Positions 8,276-15,576 of a stretch of 40,401 bases of DNA are shown piece by piece. Position 1 is the first letter of the stretch; every line of letters starts with the position of its first letter. This stretch comes from a virus. Taxonomy: Duplodnaviria; Caudoviricetes. Below the pieces are notes generated by a model. It was not told the DNA's origin, searched no databases, and was given only the letters and a program-made list of their open reading frames with translations. Made by a program: the position numbers and the translations under genes. The stretch lies in IMG/VR virus record IMGVR_UViG_3300043113_000314, positions 1 to 40,401 of that record, one strand, 5' to 3'.

Positions 8276-9210
8276 GAAAATCGATGTTTGAGCGGGCGCG
8301 TCAATCGGATTTTGGAGAAGTTGCTATGGTTTCGGGGCCGGGGGAAAATGGGGAACGTCGCATGACAGTGGCGGAAATGCGTGCTTTCGAGGCTGAACGG
8401 GTCGCTGCATTGCTCAAACGCGACCGTGCCGATTTCAAGGCGGAGCGGCGGCGGAAGGACGCGGAACGCGAAGTGAAGGCCGGGAAATTCGGGAATATCG
8501 AGGATACGATCCTTGGCCCGACGCCCGAGTTGATGCGCACCGGGGAGTTCGCGCCCCACACGCCGGACAAGACCGACGGCACGGTGCGGTCGCTCACCAC
8601 GCTGCGCCGGGTCCAGCACAGCCGGATCATCGCGCTGCATTCGCGCGGCGTGCTGGACGACGACACATTCCCGGCGTGCCTCTGGTATCGCAAGGCTTGG
8701 GAAAATTGCGGTTTCGATCTCTCCGCTTCGGCGGCGGCATGGGGCGAGCAAATCCCGGGTGAGCGGTCCTACGGCTTTGGGCCCAAGACGCCGGCGCAGG
8801 TCGAGGCGCGGCACAATTTCCGCCATGCCCGCCAAGTGCTGGTTCCGGACACGTCCGTCCTCGCCGACGTGCGGCTGCTGGCGCTGTTCGACCGGGTCGT
8901 GCTGGACGAGCTGACGATCGACGAGGTGGCGCTCGAGCACCAGTGCAGGCGGTCCACAGCGACGCTGCGGCTTCGGCTGGTCGCGCGACGGTTGCGCGGC
9001 GGAATCGGCCACTTGCTACCGTCGCGCGAGATCGGCGCGTTGGGTGGCGAGCCGATCTCGCGCGACGGTAAGCCCGCTGGGAGCCCGCCAGAGGCCCGCG
9101 GGGCCCTTCCGGATACCAATCCCGCCCTCTTGGACGATCGGGGCTATTTCCGGCCCTGGGCGGAGGTTGCGGAAATTCTTCGAGCTGCACTCAACGAGGA
9201 GGACGCGTGA
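8272..9210 (+). CDS. Putative late transcription regulator (Q-like position, C-terminal sigma-4-like HTH)
   Basis: FDRVVLDELTIDEVA...ATLRLRLVARRL; lies at the end of the early operon before a promoter-terminator pair. Confidence 0.55.
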   Translation: MRKSMFERARQSDFGEVAMVSGPGENGERRMTVAEMRAFEAERVAALLKRDRADFKAERRRKDAEREVKAGKFGNIEDTILGPTPELMRTGEFAPHTPDKTDGTVRSLTTLRRVQHSRIIALHSRGVLDDDTFPACLWYRKAWENCGFDLSASAAAWGEQIPGERSYGFGPKTPAQVEARHNFRHARQVLVPDTSVLADVRLLALFDRVVLDELTIDEVALEHQCRRSTATLRLRLVARRLRGGIGHLLPSREIGALGGEPISRDGKPAGSPPEARGALPDTNPALLDDRGYFRPWAEVAEILRAALNEEDA

Positions 9211-9452
9211 TGGCAGAAACGATCATTGGAACCGACGCGCGTCTCGAAATCATGGTCGACGGCGGTTGGTTCGAAATCTCTCAACCGAGGTTTGAGTCCG
9301 CAGCGTTCCGCGCCCGGCTGGCCCGGTGGACGGCACAACGTGCGCTCGAGGCTGGCGTCGCGGCCTGGTGGAAACGTTACCAGCTTCAAACCTTGATCGA
9401 ATGCCCCTTGACTTTCGGGACGCCACAACGGTACACGCAGGGTCACTGGTAG
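9210..9452 (+). CDS. Hypothetical protein
   Basis: GAGGAGG RBS; coupled to the upstream stop. Confidence 0.55.
   Translation: MAETIIGTDARLEIMVDGGWFEISQPRFESAAFRARLARWTAQRALEAGVAAWWKRYQLQTLIECPLTFGTPQRYTQGHW
9408..9437 (+). promoter_or_regulatory. Putative late promoter (pR'-like)
   Basis: TTGACT-N18-TACACG immediately upstream of an intrinsic terminator. Confidence 0.45.
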
Positions 9453-9458
9453 AAATCC

Positions 9459-9491
9459 GCCCGGCAGCTCAACGGCTCGTCGGGCTTTTTT
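9459..9491 (+). terminator. Rho-independent terminator (tR'-like)
   Basis: GCCCGGC...GTCGGGC stem followed by TTTTTT. Confidence 0.75.
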
Positions 9492-9497
9492 GGGGAA

Positions 9498-9653
9498 TTA
9501 TATAGATGACTCCCGATCATCTTGACCCTCCTCCTTGCGCTGGCGCTTCACGCGTCGGGCTACCTTCTTGGCCTGCTGGCCCTTGTCGGCGGGCCGGTAG
9601 CCGAGAACGCGGTCTGTCACCGCGTCGAGGATTTTGCGGATGGCTTCGCTCAT
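9498..9653 (-). CDS. Small IS-encoded protein (51 aa)
   Basis: Missing from the ORF track. ATGA-coupled to the transposase stop; MSEAIRKILDAVTDRVLGYRPADK...; stop codon lies inside the TIR. Confidence 0.65.
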   Translation of the reverse strand: MSEAIRKILDAVTDRVLGYRPADKGQQAKKVARRVKRQRKEEGQDDRESSI

Positions 9654-10570
9654 GCGATCAAGTCCTTGTAGGTGAGGCGGCGTCCGATGGCCGCATTGAA
9701 CAGCGCGGCGAGGCGCTGCATCGTGTGGCGGCTCACGTCGCCCTCTCCGAGCCGGAACGCGAACTCGTGAACGTAGCGGTGCAGGTGCTTCGGCGAGGCA
9801 TGGTGATAGACACCATGCAGGCCGCGCTTCATCACCGCGAACACGCTCTCGATGCCGTTCGTCGTGACCGCGCCCCGGACGTATTCGCCCGCGCCGTGGT
9901 TGATCGTCTCGTGCTGGTAGAGCAGCCCGCCGACGCGGTTGTAGATCGCGCTCTCGTCCGTGTGGATGGTCGAGCCGACTTGCACATTGCGGTGCGCGAA
10001 GCCGACCGCGTTCCGCCCGGTGACAGTGGCCCGGACCTCGCCTTTGACGCGCCCGGTGGCGCGCTCGCGGCCCGCGATGATGGCAGTCTTGCCGATGCCA
10101 CCCCGGCCAAGGCCGAGCCGCTTGCTCTCGTGCTTCGCGGCTTCCTTCCCGCCGATATACGCCTCATCGATTTCAACGATACCAGCGAGTTCGGTAGGGT
10201 CGTTGCCGCACGCTTCGCGGAGCCGCTGGAGCATGAACCACGCGGTTTTCTGCGTCACCCCGATCTGCTTCGCCAGTTGCAGGCTGCTGATGCCCTTCCG
10301 GGCCGTGACAAGCAGATACATGGCGTAGAGCCACTTGTTCAGCGGCACCTTCGATTTCTCGAAGATCGTGCCGGTGCGAACCGTGAAGTCGAGCAGGCAG
10401 GCGTTGCAGCGGAAGAATCCACCCTTGCGCTTGCCGATGCGCTCGGCTTCGCCGCAGGCCGGGCAGGCCGCCCCGGACGGCCAGCGCCGCGCCTCGAAGT
10501 AGAGGCGGGCGCTGTCGTTGTCGGGGAACATCTGGAACAGCTCGAAGGTCGAGATCGTGGACTTGCTCAT
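9650..10570 (-). CDS. tnp: IS1595-family DDE transposase
   Basis: CPAC...CNAC Zn ribbon, KGISSLQLA HTH, VEIDEAYIGG, IHTDE, TTNGIESVF, YVHEFAFR. Confidence 0.95.
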   Translation of the reverse strand: MSKSTISTFELFQMFPDNDSARLYFEARRWPSGAACPACGEAERIGKRKGGFFRCNACLLDFTVRTGTIFEKSKVPLNKWLYAMYLLVTARKGISSLQLAKQIGVTQKTAWFMLQRLREACGNDPTELAGIVEIDEAYIGGKEAAKHESKRLGLGRGGIGKTAIIAGRERATGRVKGEVRATVTGRNAVGFAHRNVQVGSTIHTDESAIYNRVGGLLYQHETINHGAGEYVRGAVTTNGIESVFAVMKRGLHGVYHHASPKHLHRYVHEFAFRLGEGDVSRHTMQRLAALFNAAIGRRLTYKDLIA

Positions 10571-10905
10571 TCGCCGTCATCCTCGGCGAGCGAGGCGAGC
10601 ATCTCAGCATATTGCTCGTCCGTGATTGCTTCGCAGTGGCCCGCGAAACGCTCGCTGCTGACGACGGCGCTGAAAATCTCGCCTTCGGCTTCCGCGCGGT
10701 CGGCCTTGATCGAAAAGAAGCGGGTGGCTTCCCAGCCACGATTCGCGACCTGCTGCCGGCTCCAGAGGGTGAAGCCGCCGTCCTTGTCTTCGCGCACTTC
10801 ATACGAGCGGCTGTCTGAAGTCAGGACTTCGTGGGCGGCGTCACGCAGCGACAGGCCGGTGTCGATCATTTCGCCTTCGCCTGAGAGGATGGTGTAGGTG
10901 GTCAT
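10567..10905 (-). CDS. Acidic passenger protein of unknown function (112 aa)
   Basis: AAGGAG RBS, ATGA-coupled to tnp, inside the TIRs; 24 D/E versus 10 K/R. Confidence 0.8.
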   Translation of the reverse strand: MTTYTILSGEGEMIDTGLSLRDAAHEVLTSDSRSYEVREDKDGGFTLWSRQQVANRGWEATRFFSIKADRAEAEGEIFSAVVSSERFAGHCEAITDEQYAEMLASLAEDDGE

Positions 10906-10952
10906 GTCCGTATCTCCTTGCTTGGAAAGCCCCTTGCCTCCCGATAAGTCGA

Positions 10953-10981
10953 TAACTACCCGATCCGAATTAGGGAGTCAA
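10953..10981 (-). promoter_or_regulatory. IS inward promoter
   Basis: TTGACT (within the TIR)-N17-TAGTTA upstream of the passenger-tnp operon. Confidence 0.6.
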
Positions 10982-11109
10982 GTATATAATTCCCCTTTTT
11001 TGTGCCTTGGCTTTGTCGCGACCGCGCACGGGCCGCTCCAGCATCGTCGGAAGGGGGTGATCTGCGGCCTGTGGCGCGGGTGACCAGCGCCTTTCCCATG
11101 GAGATTCCG

Positions 11110-11847
11110 ATGGCTGTGAAGCCCAAGGCTGTTGAGCCCCGCAAGCTCACCCCGCGACAGCGAGCGTTTGTCGAGGAATACCTTACCGACCTGAACGCGA
11201 TGGCCGCCTATATCCGCGCCGGTTTTTCGGCGAAGGGCGCGGACCATCATGCGCACGAACTGCTGCGCGCTCCGCATGTTGCTGCTGCGGTCGCGGAAGC
11301 GATGGAGGTCCGTAGCAAGCGCGTCGCCGTCACCGCCGACATGGTGCTGGAGCGGTGGTGGAAAATCGCCACAGCCGATCCGAATGATCTGATCCAGTTT
11401 CGCCGCACCGCGTGCCGGTACTGCCACGGGGTCGATCACGCCTATCAGTGGCAGGATGCCGAAGAGCTTCGGCGCGCGATTGCCGCCGCCGCTGGCGCGA
11501 CGGGCAAGTTCACCCCGCCCGACGATTCCGGCGGCCTCGGGTTCGTGGCTACGGCTGATCCGCATCCGGACTGCCCGAAGTGCAACGGCGAAGGGTGCGG
11601 CATCGTCCACGCCAATGACACGCGCCGCCTCAAGGGTGCCGCTGCGCTGCTGTACGCGGGCGCGAAGGAAACCAAGGACGGTTTCGAGATCAAGCTGATC
11701 GACCAGGCGAAAGCGCTGGAGAACGTCGCGCGCCACCTCGGCATGTTTGTCGACAAGGTTGAGCATAGCGGCAAGATCGATTTCGCCGAGATGAGCGAAG
11801 AGCAGTTGCTGGCGGAGATCGCGGCCTACAAGCCCAATGGCACCTGA
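11110..11847 (+). CDS. terS: Terminase small subunit with Zn-finger insert
   Basis: LTPRQRAFVEEYLTDLNAMAAYIRAGFS; CRYC...CPKC; KALENVARHLGMF; GGAG RBS. Confidence 0.92.
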   Translation: MAVKPKAVEPRKLTPRQRAFVEEYLTDLNAMAAYIRAGFSAKGADHHAHELLRAPHVAAAVAEAMEVRSKRVAVTADMVLERWWKIATADPNDLIQFRRTACRYCHGVDHAYQWQDAEELRRAIAAAAGATGKFTPPDDSGGLGFVATADPHPDCPKCNGEGCGIVHANDTRRLKGAAALLYAGAKETKDGFEIKLIDQAKALENVARHLGMFVDKVEHSGKIDFAEMSEEQLLAEIAAYKPNGT

Positions 11848-13216
11848 TACGCTTGCTGGTCACCTTGCCCGCCTGAAGGAACTCGACCGCCGACGCCAGC
11901 TTGCGGGCCAGCCTACTGCCCGCTTTAAGCGCACCATCAAGCAGGAACTCCAGGCGGGGACGGTCCTTGGTCCAGCCCGACATGGTCTGTCCTACGGCGG
12001 TTCGCGATCAGGTAAGACCTTCGGGTATTGCGAACTGATCGCCGAGCGCGGCCTCGTCGCTCCCGAAAGTCGGCATCTGATCGCCCGCCTCCACAACATC
12101 GACGTCCGCCAGTCCGTCATGCTCGACACCTGGCCGAAGATGATGCGGATGGCATTTCCAGACGTGCCGTACACGGTCAACAAGTCGGACCAGTATGCCA
12201 CCCTACCCGACGGCTCCGAGGTCTGGTTCACCGGGCTCGACGACAAGGAGCGGGTCGACAAGATCCTCGGCAAAGAGTTCGCCACGATCTACGTCAACGA
12301 ATCGTCGCAAGTAGCGTACGACACCATACTGACGCTGCGCACTCGCTTGGCGCAATCCTGCTTCCTCCGCGACGGATCTCGGTTGCCGCTCAAGGCGATG
12401 TACGATCTCAACCCGACGGGGCGCGGGCATTGGACCTATCGTGAGTTTGTGGAGAAGGTCCGCCCCGACAACGGCATGCCAATCGAAGAGGGAAGCCGGT
12501 CGTTCGTGGTGATGAACCCGATCGACAATCCGCATCTTCCGCCGGAATACCATGCCGAGCTTGACGGATTGCCTGAAAAGCAACGCCAGAGGTTCCGCGA
12601 CGGGCAATACCTCAGCGAAGTGCCTGGCGCGCTTTGGTCGCTGACCGATCGCATCGCGGCAGACGGCAAGCCTATTCCTGGGCTGGAAACACTGCGACGC
12701 GCAGAGCTTCCGCCGTTGGTGCGTGTCGTCATCGGTGTTGATCCATCCGGCTCGGATGGCAGCGGTGGTGACAGTCAGGGTATTGTCGTCGCGGCGCTTG
12801 GTACTGACGGACATGCCTATGTCATCGCCGACAAGACCTGTCGTCTATCGCCGGATGGCTGGGCACAGGTCGTTGCACGCGCCGCAGAATATTACGGAGC
12901 CGACCGCGTTGCGGCAGAGCGTAATTACGGCGGCGCGATGGTGGAGTCGGTGCTGCGTTCGGCGGCACCTAACCTCCCCGTAAAATTAGTCAGCGCCACT
13001 CGCGGCAAGCATGTCCGCGCCGAGCCGATCGCCGCGCTCTATGAACAGGGCAAGGTTCACCACCTCGGTGTGTTCTCTGACATGGAAGAGCAGATGACCA
13101 TGACCACCACCGCAGGTTTCCAGGGCGGAGGCTCGCCCGATCGTATGGACGCCTTGGTGTGGGCACTCTACGAACTGATGCTAGCCGACTCCGGCCATAC
13201 TTTCGGCTGGGCCTGA
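11837..13216 (+). CDS. terL: Terminase large subunit
   Basis: YGGSRSGKT Walker A, IYVNE Walker B variant, LNP coupling motif, GVDP and DRMDA nuclease residues. Confidence 0.93.
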   Translation: MAPDTLAGHLARLKELDRRRQLAGQPTARFKRTIKQELQAGTVLGPARHGLSYGGSRSGKTFGYCELIAERGLVAPESRHLIARLHNIDVRQSVMLDTWPKMMRMAFPDVPYTVNKSDQYATLPDGSEVWFTGLDDKERVDKILGKEFATIYVNESSQVAYDTILTLRTRLAQSCFLRDGSRLPLKAMYDLNPTGRGHWTYREFVEKVRPDNGMPIEEGSRSFVVMNPIDNPHLPPEYHAELDGLPEKQRQRFRDGQYLSEVPGALWSLTDRIAADGKPIPGLETLRRAELPPLVRVVIGVDPSGSDGSGGDSQGIVVAALGTDGHAYVIADKTCRLSPDGWAQVVARAAEYYGADRVAAERNYGGAMVESVLRSAAPNLPVKLVSATRGKHVRAEPIAALYEQGKVHHLGVFSDMEEQMTMTTTAGFQGGGSPDRMDALVWALYELMLADSGHTFGWA

Positions 13217-13220
13217 CCGC

Positions 13221-14549
13221 ATGGCCGATGGATTTCTCAAACGCATCGGCATTGGCCGCAGGCGTCACGAACCCGCGCGCGCAACCGAGGTCAATCCTGC
13301 GCTGTTCGGCTTCGGGCGGACGCGACAGGCAAAGCAGCTCATCTGGAAGCCCAGCCCGCGCAATCTTCGGTTCTTTTCGAGGACGCCCTATGCCCGCCGC
13401 GCCATCAACGCGATCAAGAATCCGATCGCAATGCTGGACTGGGAGATCGTGCCCGCGCCTGGCGTCAAGGAAACGCCCGAGCTGAAGCGTCAGATTGCCG
13501 TCGCCACCTATTGCCTCGCCAACCCGAACCGCGACGACAGTTGGCGCACTCTTGCTGAGCAAGTACTCGAAGACACCTTGATCGGAGCTGGTGCCCTCGA
13601 AACTCAAGTTGCGGGTGACGCCAATCGGCCGCTCTGGCTTTGGCCCGTCGATGGTCTTTCGATCCAGATCTATCCCGCGTGGAGCGGTGACAAGAACGAA
13701 GCGCGCTATGCGCAGACGGTCGGCACCGGCACCTATTCAGGCGGCGGTCCCGCGATCCAGCTTCGCGACGATGAACTGATCTACATCCGGCCCAACCCAA
13801 CCACGGCCTCGCCGTTCGGACTTGGGCCGCTTGAGGTCGCATTCAATTCGATCAGCCGTCAGCTCGGCGTTTCGGAATTCGCGGGCAACGTTACCACCAA
13901 CGCCAAGCCGTCGGTGATCATAAACCTGGGCGAAGGTGCGGACGCCACGGCGTTGGCAGCGTTTCGCGCGTATTGGACCAACGAGATCGAGGGGCAAGGC
14001 AAGACGCCGATCATGGCCTCCAAGGGCGGCTCGATCGACCGGCTCTATCCCGAGGGTGACACCGGCCTATTCCTCGCCTGGCAGGAATTCCTCAAGACCG
14101 AGATCGCAATCGCGTTCGACCTTTCGCCGATGAACCTCGGGGTGGAGCGAGACGTCAACCGTTCGACCGCCGAAGTCGGATCCGATCGGGATTGGGAACA
14201 GGCGATCAAGCCGCGCGCGCTGGAGCTCGCATCCTATATCACGCGCCATGCCCTGCACCGTCGCCTTGGGTTCTACCAGTTGCAGATGCGGTTCATCGGC
14301 CTCGACCGCGAAGACGAAAAGCGCGCGGCGGAGGTGTTCAAGCTGGAATTTGATTCCGGCGGCATCACGCCAGATGAGTACCGCGAAACCAGAGGCCGGC
14401 CGCCGCTCAAATCGAAATGGTCCAGCCTTACCGGCGTCGATCTGGCGATGGCGAAAGCCGCCGCAGCCGGATCGAAGCAGGTGTTCGATCCCGATCTGCC
14501 CGAACGCCACGACAACCCGCCGCAACCGGTGAACCCCGAAAAGGAATAA
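13221..14549 (+). CDS. Portal protein
   Basis: Follows terL; LWPVDG, ELIYIRPNP...GLGPLE, IAIAFDLSPMNLG, GITPDEYRETRGRPPL. Confidence 0.9.
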   Translation: MADGFLKRIGIGRRRHEPARATEVNPALFGFGRTRQAKQLIWKPSPRNLRFFSRTPYARRAINAIKNPIAMLDWEIVPAPGVKETPELKRQIAVATYCLANPNRDDSWRTLAEQVLEDTLIGAGALETQVAGDANRPLWLWPVDGLSIQIYPAWSGDKNEARYAQTVGTGTYSGGGPAIQLRDDELIYIRPNPTTASPFGLGPLEVAFNSISRQLGVSEFAGNVTTNAKPSVIINLGEGADATALAAFRAYWTNEIEGQGKTPIMASKGGSIDRLYPEGDTGLFLAWQEFLKTEIAIAFDLSPMNLGVERDVNRSTAEVGSDRDWEQAIKPRALELASYITRHALHRRLGFYQLQMRFIGLDREDEKRAAEVFKLEFDSGGITPDEYRETRGRPPLKSKWSSLTGVDLAMAKAAAAGSKQVFDPDLPERHDNPPQPVNPEKE

Positions 14550-14551
14550 CG

Positions 14552-14860
14552 ATGGCCCAGGATCTGCACACCGTTTCCGTCTCCGATCTTTCCGACCCGC
14601 TGGCGCAAGCCGACCGCCTGGTGTTGGTGCTCAAGAAGGGCGTCGCCAATGCGGCTGGCAGCGGTGCCGGAGCGTCGGTTACCGTCGCGCTGACCGGGTT
14701 GCGCCTTCCTGCAAAATACACCGTCTTCGTGACGCCTGACCAAGACGCGACGCACTGGATCACTGGGCGCAGCGCAGCCGGGTTCACCGTAAATCTGTCG
14801 CCCCGCCTCGCCGGTTCCACGCTCGCGGCTGGCACGCTGGATATCCTCGTCCTCGCCTGA
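14552..14860 (+). CDS. Small beta-rich virion protein (possible head decoration or fibre)
   Basis: AAGGA RBS, Ala/Gly/Thr-rich, located in the head module. Confidence 0.6.
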   Translation: MAQDLHTVSVSDLSDPLAQADRLVLVLKKGVANAAGSGAGASVTVALTGLRLPAKYTVFVTPDQDATHWITGRSAAGFTVNLSPRLAGSTLAAGTLDILVLA

Positions 14861-14899
14861 TCCCTCTCTCGGGGTTCCTCCCCTTTCCCCGAGGCCAAC

Positions 14900-14933
14900 T
14901 GGCCCCGCTGGCGCGACCGGCGGGGCCATTTTT
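14900..14933 (+). terminator. Intrinsic terminator or mRNA-stabilising hairpin
   Basis: 12-bp stem TGGCCCCGCTGG/CCGGCGGGGCCA followed by TTTTT. Confidence 0.75.
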
Positions 14934-14948
14934 GTACCGGAGCACCAC

Positions 14949-15566
14949 ATGACCGACGAAACCAGCAGCGCCCCGACCGACGAACAAATCGCCGCAGCGC
15001 GCTCCTCTGCCGACTCACTGGTCGCGTCCAGCGTCGCTGATCTGGTGGTGTTGATCGAAGGGGTCGATTTGTTGACGCTTCGCTTTGCGCTTGACGCGGA
15101 ATGGGCCAAGGGCGAAGCGGCGCGCAAAGGGGCTATCGCAGCGCTCCAGTCCGCGATCGACGGCCATCCCGAATTGTCGGCACAGGCCGCCGCCGCCGCC
15201 AACGCCGATAACGCCGAGCCGACGGAGCCCGGCACCGTTTCGCTCACGCTCGGCGCAAAAGTTGGCGAGCCTCCGCTTTCCATCCAGATGACCGCCGACG
15301 GCGCACCGACCGGCGAACCCATCATGGTGCCGGTGCCGACCGACCCACAGCTTGACACGACGGTCACCACCATCGCCGACGAGCCCCTCCAAGACATGCC
15401 TGCGGATCCCGATGCGGTCAGCAGCCCCCCGCCGCGTCCGCATCAAAGTCTGGTCGACCAGCTCGACATGCGGTGGACCGAGATGAAGGAATTCGTCCGG
15501 CACCTCGAAGGCGACGTCGAGCATGAACTCGGCGAGTTGCTCGCTTTCGTGCGCTCGAAGCTCTGA
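14949..15566 (+). CDS. Acidic Pro-rich head-module protein
   Basis: GGAG RBS; low-complexity centre with helical ends. Confidence 0.75.
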   Translation: MTDETSSAPTDEQIAAARSSADSLVASSVADLVVLIEGVDLLTLRFALDAEWAKGEAARKGAIAALQSAIDGHPELSAQAAAAANADNAEPTEPGTVSLTLGAKVGEPPLSIQMTADGAPTGEPIMVPVPTDPQLDTTVTTIADEPLQDMPADPDAVSSPPPRPHQSLVDQLDMRWTEMKEFVRHLEGDVEHELGELLAFVRSKL

Positions 15567-15576
15567 CGCCGTGACG

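Larger units (their letters stand above)
9493..10994 (-). mobile_element. IS1595-family element with passenger genes (1502 bp)
   Basis: 22-bp TIRs GGGAATTATATA(GA/CT)TGACTCCC at 9493-9514 and 10973-10994 (20/22 identical); 8-bp TSD CTTTTTTG at 9485-9492 and 10995-11002. Confidence 0.93.

Noticed and set aside
9506-10897. 463-aa plus-strand ORF spanning the IS
   Set aside because: Antisense to the transposase and cargo genes, with no RBS or recognisable motifs
9492-10995. Alternative IS boundaries with 23-bp TIRs
   Set aside because: They leave only a T6 duplication, whereas 9493-10994 gives a perfect 8-bp TSD typical of IS1595
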